Shown piece by piece: positions 1 through 9,624 of a DNA stretch of 64,000 nucleotides. A program made the position numbers and the translations under genes. Under the pieces are notes generated by a model, which had not been told where the DNA came from, made no database searches, and saw nothing but the letters and a program-made list of their open reading frames with translations. The DNA is from an uncultured cyanobacterium (lineage in GTDB: Bacteria > Cyanobacteriota > Cyanobacteriia > CAKZMO01): NCBI GenBank assembly GCA_963719515.1, contig CAVRCJ010000014.1, forward strand, positions 215,457-279,456. The letters run 5' to 3'. Each line of letters starts with the position of its first letter. Positions within the stretch are counted from its first letter, which is position 1.

Positions 1-821
1 TTGAGCAGCTCCACCACCTCTTGCGGCGGCATGCTGGACGACATTTGGGTGAAGCCGACGATATCGGCGAACAGCACGGTGGCTTCAGCAAAGCTGTCGG
101 CGATAGTTCCGTCGTAGCGCTTGAGCTTTTCGGCGATCGCATGGGGCAAGATGTTGAGCAACAGCTCCTCTGAGCGGTTTTTTTCTGCTTTGAGCGCCTG
201 CCGAGTCGTAAATTGCTTCCACTGGAGGCGCTCGTAGCAGTACACCGAGAGGGTGGATACCCCGCAAAACCAGAAGATATAGAGCGTTTGCCTGGTGTTC
301 CACTCTAGGGTGTCGTTTGCCAAGGGAAGGTTTAACACCGCGTTGACGCTGTAGTAGTAGGCCAGCACGGTGAGCTGGGAGAGGAGATGAAGCGGCCACC
401 GCAGGGGAATTAGGGTCGCCTGCACGAGGAACACCAATGTCCAAGAGCGGAGGCCAGGGTGGGCAAAGCCGTTGAGCGTGGCCCAGATCTGCTCGACGAG
501 AGTCACCGTTAGGGATGCGGCTAAAAAGATGCGCCCAGGATGCCGTCGGCCCCAGGGGAGATGCAGCAGCCATAGGTAAAACAGGAGTAACCCCTGCACG
601 ACTGTAGCCATCCACAGCCAGTGGGGGGTGTCGCGGATGGAATCTGGGGTGGCAATGAAACGGATGAGGGTAAACGTAATGTAGATGCTCACCGCTAGGG
701 CAAGCGCTGTGACCAGGCGATTGCGCATGAACCGCCGCCGCCACAGGCGATAGCTTGGCTGCACGTCAATGAGCAGCCTACTCCGCCAGTCTGAGAGGAC
801 TTGAGCAAAGAATCGATTCAC
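1..821 (-). CDS. Membrane-bound class III adenylate/guanylate cyclase (runs off the window edge; not in the ORF track)
   Basis: Manual translation from GTG at 821: hydrophobic N-terminal helices, then ...EKNRSEELLLNILPHAIAEKLK...IADSFAEATVLFADIVGFTQMSS...EVVELLN, the canonical cyclase signature. Confidence 0.9.
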   Translation of the reverse strand, partial: MNRFFAQVLSDWRSRLLIDVQPSYRLWRRRFMRNRLVTALALAVSIYITFTLIRFIATPDSIRDTPHWLWMATVVQGLLLFYLWLLHLPWGRRHPGRIFLAASLTVTLVEQIWATLNGFAHPGLRSWTLVFLVQATLIPLRWPLHLLSQLTVLAYYYSVNAVLNLPLANDTLEWNTRQTLYIFWFCGVSTLSVYCYERLQWKQFTTRQALKAEKNRSEELLLNILPHAIAEKLKRYDGTIADSFAEATVLFADIVGFTQMSSSMPPQEVVELL

Positions 822-874
822 AGCACCCCTAAAATAGCTAGCCCAAGCCAAGCCTAGCTTTCCGCCCCGATACC

Positions 875-1423
875 CTATGGGGCGACGCTTGGCGCTTGGC
901 CTACCTCAGTCAATTCAAGCGATCGCCGCAAAGCGGTGAGTTCGTCGCGGTGGCCTGTCACTTCAACGGCGGGCTGACCGGGAATTAAGTCGAGAATGAT
1001 TTGCTCGACTCTCCCCGATCGCCACCAGTAAAACCAGCCCGCTAGCGGCGCGAGCAGCCCTAAGACGAATGCCCAAGAGCCCACCTGCGGCAGCAGCAGG
1101 CTGATTACCAGACCTAAGCACAGTAGCCCTATGACCGCCAAAACCGTCAAGAAAAGCGCCAGGAAGATGCTGGGCTGCACCTGGCCTGACAAGACGATTC
1201 GAGGATGGCTGGGGGAAATCTCTCGCTGCAGGGGCTCGTAAGCCCGCTGGGTGAAGTGGGTGACTAGCGCCTCGACAAGCTGCCGGGGCGTTTGCGCTTC
1301 GCTGACGGTGAATCGAACAGTTTCGAGGCGCTCTTTCGTTGAGGCTCGAATGAAAAACACTAGCCCCACCAGAATGAGTAGGGTGAGCAGCAGTGTGGAG
1401 GACAGGATTGGCGCAGCAGTCAT
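875..1423 (-). CDS. ccb1: Cofactor assembly of complex C subunit B (CCB1/DUF3529-like)
   Basis: N-terminal STLLLTLL..GL.FFIRASTK.R, two further TM helices, C-terminal GHRDEL motif. Confidence 0.8.
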   Translation of the reverse strand: MTAAPILSSTLLLTLLILVGLVFFIRASTKERLETVRFTVSEAQTPRQLVEALVTHFTQRAYEPLQREISPSHPRIVLSGQVQPSIFLALFLTVLAVIGLLCLGLVISLLLPQVGSWAFVLGLLAPLAGWFYWWRSGRVEQIILDLIPGQPAVEVTGHRDELTALRRSLELTEVGQAPSVAP

Positions 1424-1557
1424 ACCGTTAGTGATGGGTTTTCTCTATTATCTCCCAGTAGGTTCATAACCGCGATGGGGCGCTGCTGAATCGGGGGACA
1501 TAGCGGCGCCATGCCCCCACTGCCCGACTCAGCGAGCTAACGCCGAGGGGGGATGCA

Positions 1558-1842
1558 TTAGCGCAGGGACCGCTGCCGGTCGAGGTAGCTGAACACTTTG
1601 CCTAGCTCGGGCCTGAGGGTGATGCCTCTCTCGGTGATGGCCATCAGCTTGGTCCAGTGGATTTGCTCTGAGTAGTTGAGCACGTGCAGCATGTGAATCG
1701 TTTCGCGGACGCCTGCGGGGGAGCCGATGACGATGTGACGAACGCGCTCGTTGTCGGGGCCGGTGGCTTCGGGGTTGGCCAGCAGGATGGGTGCCGCCTC
1801 GCTGCTGGGGCGAGACGACTGGAGGTGAGTTGTTGCGGTCAT
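1558..1842 (-). CDS. Small hypothetical protein (94 aa), homologous to 60641-60988
   Basis: ATG at 1842 preceded by AAGGAACCCAAA; motif RHIVIGSPAGVRETIHMLHVLNY..IHW shared with the 60641-60988 product. Confidence 0.7.
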   Translation of the reverse strand: MTATTHLQSSRPSSEAAPILLANPEATGPDNERVRHIVIGSPAGVRETIHMLHVLNYSEQIHWTKLMAITERGITLRPELGKVFSYLDRQRSLR

Positions 1843-1843
1843 T

Positions 1844-2008
1844 TTGGGTTCCTTTTTGATGTGGATGGGTAGGAAACCCAAGGACTTGGCCATCCCTTCG
1901 ACTTTGGGTGTTCGGGATGGCCGTGGGACAATGCCCATAGCGCCCGGACAGGTTACTTCTGTCTTGGGGGTCAGGCGGCGATCGTCGCGGTTATCGGCGA
2001 TCGCTGCC
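1844..2008. ncRNA. Five-hairpin structured leader with candidate + strand sRNA (about 1939-2010)
   Basis: Stems 1844-53/1871-81, 1888-96/1914-22, 1924-37, 1943-51/1959-68, 1974-87/1995-2008; same order as at 60989-61158. Confidence 0.5.
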
Positions 2009-2062
2009 GTTTATGACCAAATTCTTGGGAGCCAAGCTGCGGGATGCAGCTCTCAGGCATAG

Positions 2063-2091
2063 ACTCTACACTATTGGCGATGAGAGGGCAA
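2063..2091 (-). promoter_or_regulatory. Candidate sigma70 promoter for the 1558-1842 gene
   Basis: Minus strand TTGCCC-N17-TAGAGT. Confidence 0.4.
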
Positions 2092-2255
2092 GCCCGGATT
2101 TTAACTTTTGGGTGATTGGGATTCTGTACCGGCGTCGCGATAGGTGCTCCACACTAGCCTTGCGACAATCGCCAGCTTTTGACGCTTATGGTGTCGGCAT
2201 TGACCCTCGCTTTCGGCTGCAATAGCGGCAACGGCGAGTTTTGAGCCACTGGGTC

Positions 2256-2293
2256 GGAACGGCTGAGGAACGGTTGAGGAACGGTTGAGGAAC
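2256..2293. repeat. Short tandem repeat, 11-bp unit GGAACGGTTGA, about 3 copies
   Basis: ggaacggctga ggaacggttga ggaacggttga ggaac. Confidence 0.8.
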
Positions 2294-2440
2294 AGTCGCT
2301 TCGCTAACTTGAGTTCAGTAAGGCCGGGGAGAACCCATCAGATCTAAGCGTCAGCCCTCAAGGCTTCGCGCGTCAGATAGACATAGAACAAAGCAAATCT
2401 GAACAAGACGAATACCTACCTTCTCAAAAGGAGTCTAGAT

Positions 2441-3790
2441 ATGGCACAAGTATTTGAAACTATAAACAACAACACAGTCGCCACAGCAACCCCGCTAGGC
2501 AACATCCGCAATAATCCGTTTGTTCGAGGATCTTTACCAAGCAACGATGCGGCTGATTTTTTCAAGTTTCAGGTTGATCGCCCGACTAAAGGTGGTGTGA
2601 CCGTTGTGCCCGATGGCCTCAACGTTAATCTAAGCCTGTTAAATGGCAAATTTGAAACGATTAGAACTTCTCTGAATCCCGGTACGGCTGCAGAATCAAT
2701 CTCATTTGAAAATCTGCCGGCAGATGACTATACCTTGCTGGTTAGTAAAGTGGGTGGTGTTGGCAGCGGTAATTATTTTCTGAGCGGGGGTGGTTCTGCG
2801 GTCACTCGGGCCCAATTGAGCGTAACGGTCGATCGGATTAAAGCACTCGAACGCTTTGATTCGCCTGTTCCATTTACGAGATTTGGCGAGGCTGATTTTT
2901 TCATTGAGGTCAACCGCTTTCCCGCCTCTGTGAAGAGCAAAGTCTTTAAAGACAGAAATGATGTCAGACCCAACTTCGTTGGCACTATAGAGGTCGGAAC
3001 CAATCCGTTTGCGAGTGCTACTCTCAGCGCTACTGATCGCGATAGCAGAGTTGATTTTGACGACAGAGCTGACTTGCACCCTATCAGAAATACAAACCAG
3101 CTAAACATTGGATTTGACCCGCTTAAAAACGAAATTAGATCCTTAGATGGGGCATTTGGGCCGCGAAAAGAGAACGCAGTGATTACGGTTCAAGGAGACG
3201 GGGGAGACAGAAATGAACGGGGTTCACTAGGCTTTCACAAAGCAAGAGTCTCTTTCCGCGTCAATTACGACAGCTTTACCTCATCTGTCCCTAGCTTCAA
3301 CAATCGCACACCGATCACAGTTGGCAACAACCGAGGGCAGTTCTTTCGGGGCAGAAGCATTCGCGGGATTATTGACGGCAGGGGCGGTAGAGACGATATC
3401 TCTGGCATGGGTGGCGATGATGTGTTGATTGGCGGCGGCGGCAACGACAAGCTGAATGGAAACACTGGCAAAGATCTGATTTGGGGCGGGCTAGGCCGCG
3501 ATATTCAAACAGGTGGAGCAGGTCGCGACATCTTCGTGCTGGATCTGGGTAAAGGCGTGGATGTGATCAAAGACTTCCAAGATGGCAGAGACAAGCTGGG
3601 TCTGTATGGCGGATTGACCTCTGAGGCTCTAGAAATTACAAGGGAAGGTCGCAACGTCGGCATTTCTGCTGGATCTGACAAGCTAGCTATACTGAAAGAT
3701 CTGCGCCCCAATCAAATCACAGCAGCAGATTTTGTCCAGGTTGACTTCACTCAATTCAAGGGCATTACGACCCCCTACGCCGTTGTCTAG
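2441..3790 (+). CDS. Secreted RTX-type calcium-binding protein with N-terminal PPC-like domain
   Basis: AAGGAG RBS; N-terminal D..DFFKF...NPGTAAESI; GGxGxD nonapeptide repeats; C-terminal [17 protein letters not shown]. Confidence 0.8.
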   Translation: MAQVFETINNNTVATATPLGNIRNNPFVRGSLPSNDAADFFKFQVDRPTKGGVTVVPDGLNVNLSLLNGKFETIRTSLNPGTAAESISFENLPADDYTLLVSKVGGVGSGNYFLSGGGSAVTRAQLSVTVDRIKALERFDSPVPFTRFGEADFFIEVNRFPASVKSKVFKDRNDVRPNFVGTIEVGTNPFASATLSATDRDSRVDFDDRADLHPIRNTNQLNIGFDPLKNEIRSLDGAFGPRKENAVITVQGDGGDRNERGSLGFHKARVSFRVNYDSFTSSVPSFNNRTPITVGNNRGQFFRGRSIRGIIDGRGGRDDISGMGGDDVLIGGGGNDKLNGNTGKDLIWGGLGRDIQTGGAGRDIFVLDLGKGVDVIKDFQDGRDKLGLYGGLTSEALEITREGRNVGISAGSDKLAILKDLRPNQITAADFVQVDFTQFKGITTPYAVV

Positions 3791-4149
3791 AGATTCAACT
3801 CACTTCGGCTGACTGGGAGGTAACGGTCTCAATCCACACCTCTCACTAAGCTGCTGACGCTATCATTTAGTCCCTCAACCTACCAATCACCCAATCGCGC
3901 TTGGCTTTTGAAGGGTTGAGGGTCTTGTTGAAGCGTTGAGCGGTTTTGCTTGAGTGATTGTTGTTGGCTTGTAGGCGGCTCTAAGATTTGCTTTAGCGTT
4001 TGTTGGGGTCGCTTTAGCATTAATCCATTTCGCTTATATACCTGTTGATAGTTTGCAAGCGTTTGTGGGTTTTGTTGAAGCGTTGTTTTTGAGCGGGTGG
4101 TGTAAGCATATTGGCGGTCTTTCTACTTTGAATAGTACTGCTGTACGAA

Positions 4150-4284
4150 GAAAGCAATCCCACCCTCAAGGCTCGCGTCGTCAACGCCCTCAAAGAAGGC
4201 GGCACCACAGCCCTCGAAGAAGCGATCGATCACCCCGCCGTCAAACCTGTCGTCGCCATGGTCAAGGGATTCATCGACGCTTAA
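4150..4284 (+). pseudogene. Orphan C-terminal gene fragment
   Basis: ESNPTLKARVVNALKEGGTTALEEAIDHPAVKPVVAMVKGFIDA*, resembling a helical C-terminal tail common on cyanobacterial proteins; in-frame TGA at 4129 and no start codon. Confidence 0.55.
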
Positions 4285-4294
4285 CAAGCTTGAC

Positions 4295-7200
4295 CTACGC
4301 CGTCTGCCGCTTAATCAACTGCGCAAACAGCCCCTCCTGTGCCGCCAGCTCATCAAAGCTCCCCTGCTGCACCACTCGCCCCCCCTCCAGCACATAGATG
4401 CGGTCCGCATTGCGAATCGTGCTCAGCCGGTGGGCAATCACAATTCGCGTCACCTGCAGCGCGTCCAAACTCCGGCTGACGATCGCCTGCGTTCGATTAT
4501 CCAAAGCGCTCGTCGCCTCATCCATCAGCAAAATGCGCGGCTCCAGCGCTAAAGAGCGGGCAATCATCAGCCGCTGCCGCTGCCCCCCAGAGAGGTTTCC
4601 CCCCCCTTCGCTAATCACCGTATGCAATCCCATGGGCATGTCTTTCACATCCTCCGCCAGCCCGCTCATCTCCGCCGCTTGCCAGGCGTCGTCCATGGTA
4701 ATCAGCGCCCCGGTGGAAATATTCTCAAACAGCGTCCCCGCGCTGATGCGCCCATTTTGCAGCACCACCCCCAGCTGCCGCCGCACCGCTGTCACGTCTA
4801 GGCCACAGAGATCCTGCCCGTCATAGTACACCGTGCCGGACTGGGGCTCTTCAAAGCCCAACAGCAGGCGAAACGCCGTAGACTTTCCAGAGCCAGAGGG
4901 GCCCACTAAGGCAATAAACTCCCCCGGCTCAGCCTCCACCGAAACGTCATCTAAGATCAGCGGACCGTCCTCCCGGTAGCGAAAGGTGACGTGGTCTAAG
5001 GCCACTCGCCCCTGGAGCTTGCCGGGGTCAGCCATGTAGGGGTTGACCTCGGGCTCGGCGCTGAGGATAGGCCGCGATCGCTGCCACAGGGGAATGATGT
5101 CGAGAATGTCGATGACGCTGTTGCTGAGGCTGACCGTGCCGCTGATGAAGGTGCCGTAGGCCACGCTAAAGGCCAAGAAAATGCCGGTGGATAGCCCGCC
5201 GTCGTCCACTAACCCGCTGGCCAGCCAAAACAGCAGTACGGTAGTGACCACCGGCAGCATCGTGTTCACCACATCTACCCCGTCCTCCAGCCGCTGGGTG
5301 CTCAGCAGCAGGCGCAGCTGCTGCCGGTACTTTTCTCCCCAATGGGCAAAGGCCCGGGCTTCCGCCCCCGCCAGCCGCAGCTTGGGCACGCCGTTAATCA
5401 GCTGCACCACCAAACCGTTCAGCTCTCCAGCGATCTCCATCTGCGGGCGGTGCTTGCGAATCAGCAGCGCCCCGGTCACCGTGGTGAACAGCACAACCAC
5501 CAAAGCCACCCCCAGCGCCAGCAGCGCCAGCAGTGGGCTGTAGTAGAGCAGTAGCCCTAGGTTGAGCAGGGCAAACACCCCCGAAAAAATCGACTGCAGC
5601 GCCGTATCGCTCAGCTGTCGTCGAATTGCGCCCACCGCCGACACCCGACTGCTCAAGTCACCCGTAGGGTACTGGCGGAAGAAGGTTGTCCTGAGGCGCA
5701 GCAGCCGATCCCAGACGGCGGCCTGCAGCGAGGCATCGGATACGGTTTCTACCCGCATAGACGCAACGGCTTGGGCAAAGTGAAAGCTGGCCACCCCAAA
5801 AGCGGCGGCAATCAGACCGATGCCGATTTGGCCAATCATCGCTCGGTTGCCGTAGGGAATGGCGTCGTCGATGAGCAGCGCCGTGGCCTGGGGCACCAGC
5901 ATGCCGATCAGGGTAGCGACCCCGCCGGTAATCACCACGGCCACGACGTCCCGCTGACGGTTCTTTAGGGCAAACTGCATCAGGCTCAGGGCATTGAGGT
6001 TTTCTGGCAGCGGGCGGTAGAACATGTAGGCAGCTGGCTCTAGGGTCTGAGCGATCGCCTTCGTCACGGGCTGGCGCGTGGTGGAGAAGTTGGGGTCGGC
6101 TGGTTCGCTCTGGTTGTCTGGCCCCGGCGCAGATAATTTGCCCAGCGTGGCTAGCTTGGGCGCATGGCCCTCATCCGCTGCCAGCCCTTGCTCTACGGGG
6201 TCAAGGATTTCGTAACGCGCGCCTCGCTGTCGGGAGGGCAGCAGCGCCACAGGCCGGTGGCCCTCACCATAGGCCAAAAGCGGATCGCCGTCCCGCTGCC
6301 ACCAGTCCCCCCGCAGCAGCACCCGCCGCAGCCGCAGCTGCGAGGCTCGGGCGATCGCCTCTAGGGGTTCTTTGAGTCGGGATAGATCCTCTGCGCTAGA
6401 AGGGCCCTGAACGGATACCCCCATGGCCCGGCCCACCGCTCCCGCCGCCACCAGCAGCGCCGAGTCGGTCTGCAGCCAGCGGTCGTCCTCGGGGGTGAGC
6501 ACCGCTGAGAGGTTGCGCAGCGTTGCTTCGGTGGTCCGCTGATCTAGCGCCTGTCGCTGCTGAAACTGGCGGCGATCTAGCAGGTGTCTGCGGGCCGTCG
6601 TCTGCCGCAGATGGTCCATGACGTAGTGGTGCAGCTGCTCTAGCCCATAGATAATAATTATGGGATGCCGCACTTGGGCCGTAGGGCGGGCAAATAGATC
6701 TACCCCCTCCCGCGCTGTAGCCCAGGTTCCGGGGCCGAGGGGAAAGCAGCCGGTTTTCGGGACTACCGGAAAGGGCGATCGCCCCAGCCAGTCGACCCGC
6801 CCCTGCTGCACCTTGATCCACAGCACTTGGCCAGGCTGGGGACGCAGGGGGTCACCGTTTGAGAGCGACAGGTAGTTTTGAGCGGTGCCTCTCCCTTCCG
6901 GCGGCGCGGGCAGGCTATCGATTTGGTTGAGCTTTAGAACCCAGGGGTCAATGCGGGCTTTTAGCTCGGCAAAAGGCATCACCCTACCACAGCCAGCGTT
7001 ATCAGGGCCCGCGGCATCGGGGCCCGTGGCATCAGGGCCAGTGGCATCAGGGCCAGTGTTATCAGGGCCAGTGGCAAGGTCAGCAGAGAGCTTTACCGGC
7101 GTTACGACCGCCGGCTCTGAGGGCACCGCCAGCAGCGCTAGCTGAGGCGTTTCAGCCTCGATGGAATGGCTAAATAAGGTCTCATCAGGGCCAACCGAGA

Positions 7201-7393
7201 AGAGATAGTGGCGCGGCCCTTGGGGCACCCCGCGCAAAATCTCCACCGCGAATACCGAGACCCGCCCCGAACGTACGATCCAGGCGTAATCAGGGTCCGT
7301 CAGCATTAGGGGCTCATGGCCTGTAATGTGGCGATCGCCGGAGACCGCCCCTTTCCTTTTAAGGTCGTTGAGTGGAGTAGGTGTCGTAGCCAT
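4295..7393 (-). CDS. NHLM bacteriocin system ABC transporter, permease/ATP-binding protein
   Basis: cNMP-like N-terminus, EAIARAS.LR.R.V.L.GDWW motif, TM domain, GPSGSGKS, LSGGQRQRL, DEATSALD. Confidence 0.9.
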   Translation of the reverse strand: MATTPTPLNDLKRKGAVSGDRHITGHEPLMLTDPDYAWIVRSGRVSVFAVEILRGVPQGPRHYLFSVGPDETLFSHSIEAETPQLALLAVPSEPAVVTPVKLSADLATGPDNTGPDATGPDATGPDAAGPDNAGCGRVMPFAELKARIDPWVLKLNQIDSLPAPPEGRGTAQNYLSLSNGDPLRPQPGQVLWIKVQQGRVDWLGRSPFPVVPKTGCFPLGPGTWATAREGVDLFARPTAQVRHPIIIIYGLEQLHHYVMDHLRQTTARRHLLDRRQFQQRQALDQRTTEATLRNLSAVLTPEDDRWLQTDSALLVAAGAVGRAMGVSVQGPSSAEDLSRLKEPLEAIARASQLRLRRVLLRGDWWQRDGDPLLAYGEGHRPVALLPSRQRGARYEILDPVEQGLAADEGHAPKLATLGKLSAPGPDNQSEPADPNFSTTRQPVTKAIAQTLEPAAYMFYRPLPENLNALSLMQFALKNRQRDVVAVVITGGVATLIGMLVPQATALLIDDAIPYGNRAMIGQIGIGLIAAAFGVASFHFAQAVASMRVETVSDASLQAAVWDRLLRLRTTFFRQYPTGDLSSRVSAVGAIRRQLSDTALQSIFSGVFALLNLGLLLYYSPLLALLALGVALVVVLFTTVTGALLIRKHRPQMEIAGELNGLVVQLINGVPKLRLAGAEARAFAHWGEKYRQQLRLLLSTQRLEDGVDVVNTMLPVVTTVLLFWLASGLVDDGGLSTGIFLAFSVAYGTFISGTVSLSNSVIDILDIIPLWQRSRPILSAEPEVNPYMADPGKLQGRVALDHVTFRYREDGPLILDDVSVEAEPGEFIALVGPSGSGKSTAFRLLLGFEEPQSGTVYYDGQDLCGLDVTAVRRQLGVVLQNGRISAGTLFENISTGALITMDDAWQAAEMSGLAEDVKDMPMGLHTVISEGGGNLSGGQRQRLMIARSLALEPRILLMDEATSALDNRTQAIVSRSLDALQVTRIVIAHRLSTIRNADRIYVLEGGRVVQQGSFDELAAQEGLFAQLIKRQTA

Positions 7394-7484
7394 CGGTCGC
7401 GGTAGTCAGCAGTGGATAAAGGCCTGTAGAGATAGGGGCAATGCTCTGTCCTCACAGAATGCATACCCAAAATCAGTAGCGCCA

Positions 7485-7524
7485 TAATAAACAGGCCTAG
7501 GCGACCATAGGCTACCTAGACCTG
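7485..7524 (-). terminator. Intrinsic terminator after the precursor peptide gene
   Basis: Minus strand CAGGTCTAGGTAGCC-TAT-GGTCGCCTAGGCCTG followed by TTTATT. Confidence 0.6.
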
Positions 7525-7625
7525 AATCATTGAGGGCCAGCTGCCTGAACTATCTTGCAGGCGCTGGCATTAGAGAGTCAGCAGATGCTCCAGTGAACAT
7601 CCAGCGGAGATCTGAGGCACCAAGA

Positions 7626-7844
7626 TTACTTGTTGCCCAGGCCTTCTTTGAACTCTTCCTCGTGACGACCCGAGAGCTTATTGCCCAGGCCTTCTTTGAA
7701 CTCTTCTGCATGACGACCTGAGAGCTTGTTCCCTAGACCCTCTTCAAACTCTTCTGCATGACGGCCCCGTAGACCACCCGCAACGTCTTGAAGCTGCTCA
7801 TCGGAAAGCTCGGCGTCTTGAGATTTCTTGATATCTTCGCTCAT
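7626..7844 (-). CDS. Double-glycine leader precursor peptide with 3 x 16-aa repeated core
   Basis: AGGAG RBS; leader ELSDEQLQDVAGG; core LRGRHAEEFEEGLGNK LSGRHAEEFKEGLGNK LSGRHEEEFKEGLGNK. Confidence 0.85.
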   Translation of the reverse strand: MSEDIKKSQDAELSDEQLQDVAGGLRGRHAEEFEEGLGNKLSGRHAEEFKEGLGNKLSGRHEEEFKEGLGNK

Positions 7845-8544
7845 AACTAGTCTCCTAAAAAGAGGAATCGACTCAACAACAGAATAGCAAAGATAAAACC
7901 AAAGTGACCGTGGCAGCCGTGGCTATGTATAAGCCGAAATCCACCTTGAAAAATCTATCTCGCCTCTGTTGTATAACACATACCCTAAAGGCCAAAACTT
8001 AAGCTTTCCTTGAGAGGCTGCGAGCAGGAGGTGATGATATTCGGACAAACATCTAGGCAAAAAGCCAGGTTGAGCTACGGCGTTTCTCAGCAGGTTTTAA
8101 TCTAACAGATTACTTGATGTGTAGCTGGCGAGACTAGGCTCCACAAGCCGCCTTCAGTAAACGGTTCCATCGCCCCGAGACAATACTGAGACCCGACGAT
8201 TGACGGACCAAAATAGACAGATTGCGCTGCGTTGACTCTTGACATAGCGCCTGTAGCGTTGACGCTAAAATGCTGAGGTGAGAACAAGTGTTAGAACAGA
8301 AGGACAAAGCACATTTTTGACACTCAAGATATAGGTCTATACGGATCTATGGGGGAGATGGCGGTGTAGAGTAAACCAGGTCACAAAAAGCTGGCGCTGA
8401 GAGCTCTATGCTGCCAGTTTGCGGATTTGATTGTGCATTATTGCTTATTCTAAAAATTAAGTTTCTTTAAGATTTTAGAGCGTTAAGCATTGTTTCAAGG
8501 CAATGCCTCAGCACAACCGCACCGTTCCTACAGGTAACCTCAAC

Positions 8545-9570
8545 ATGACAGAAATTTTGCTCAGAGAGCTCAACAACGCCGACCTGGACTGGATGGTTAG
8601 CGAAGGAGAGCAGCGATCGCTAGCGGTAGGCGATCGCCTATCCCTGGGGTCAGCTGCCGAGGTTTACTGCATCCTAGACGGCACGCTAGAGCAAGCGGAG
8701 CGCGACGACGCTGTCCCCATCCAGTTTGGCGGCGGTGAGATTCTCGGTAGCGAGGTCCTGTTAGACCTTCCGCCCTCTCTAATCAAGGTTCAAGCCACAG
8801 CTGCCGCCACCCTACTGGCCCTGCCTGAGCAAGCTTTGACCTCAAGGCTGGAGCAGAATACTGGCTTTGCCGCCCGCTGCTACCGGGCCTTGGCGCTGGT
8901 GCTCTCTGAACGGCTGCGCCAGATCTACAAGCAGTCGGCAGCGCTGAACCGCCCCCATCAAAAGGCGCTGCAGGAGGCTCTCTTTGTGCTAGGGGAACTG
9001 CGAGACAGCGATATCGACTGGCTCACCGTCGCTGGACACATCAAAACCTTGGCCCCAGGAGACTTTTTGCTGCAGGCGGGTCGCCCCGTCGATGCCCTAC
9101 ACCTGGTTTTAGAGGGCACGTTCTCTGTCCTCTGGCTCGACGGCGAAGTTAATCCCCTCAAAGCGTGCTTCGACTGCCCTATCGAGATGGCGGGCCAGAT
9201 GCAGCAAATTACTACCCTGACGAAAGGGGCAATGGCGGGCACCAGCGCGTTTCTGGATTTTGCCCCCCTATCAGTGACCATCCGCGCCCAGGGTGAAGTC
9301 CTCGTGCTCTCCGTGCCCCGCCAGACTGTGGTCACCCGGCTCCAGCAAGACGTAGAGTTCTCTGCCCGGTTCCACCGCGTCTTGGCCATTCAGCTCTCTA
9401 AGCTGATGCAGGCTGTCGGCGGCGCTGAGATAGCGTCAGAACAGATGCCCGAAAGCGATCGCCTCGATATTCCCCTGGAAGACGGCGAGCTAGACTTAGA
9501 CGCCCTGCAGAATGCCTCCCAGGGGGCCGCCCGGTTTAACTGGATGCTGCAGCGTTTGGGGGTGGGGTAG
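8545..9570 (+). CDS. Bacteriocin-transport-associated tandem cyclic nucleotide-binding domain protein
   Basis: Two repeats (LRELNNADLDW / LGELRDSDIDW; GFAARCYRALA / EFSARFHRVLA); ends GAARFNWMLQRL; located in NHLM cluster. Confidence 0.85.
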   Translation: MTEILLRELNNADLDWMVSEGEQRSLAVGDRLSLGSAAEVYCILDGTLEQAERDDAVPIQFGGGEILGSEVLLDLPPSLIKVQATAAATLLALPEQALTSRLEQNTGFAARCYRALALVLSERLRQIYKQSAALNRPHQKALQEALFVLGELRDSDIDWLTVAGHIKTLAPGDFLLQAGRPVDALHLVLEGTFSVLWLDGEVNPLKACFDCPIEMAGQMQQITTLTKGAMAGTSAFLDFAPLSVTIRAQGEVLVLSVPRQTVVTRLQQDVEFSARFHRVLAIQLSKLMQAVGGAEIASEQMPESDRLDIPLEDGELDLDALQNASQGAARFNWMLQRLGVG

Positions 9571-9624
9571 CGCTGAGGGGTTTAGCGCCTACAGGCTCCG
9601 AAGTACTTTTATAGAAAAACCGCT

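Noticed and set aside
85..744. 219-aa ORF from the track
   Set aside because: Alternative frame overlapping the adenylate cyclase gene, which has clear motifs
6995..7075. 15-bp repeat (GPDAT x5) in the ABC gene; also TGPTST repeats near 42910-42985
   Set aside because: In-frame low-complexity linker expansions with no sign of separate function
7626..7844. Calling the precursor a lanthipeptide, cyanobactin or microviridin
   Set aside because: No Cys, no recognisable recognition or core motifs, and no maturase in the window
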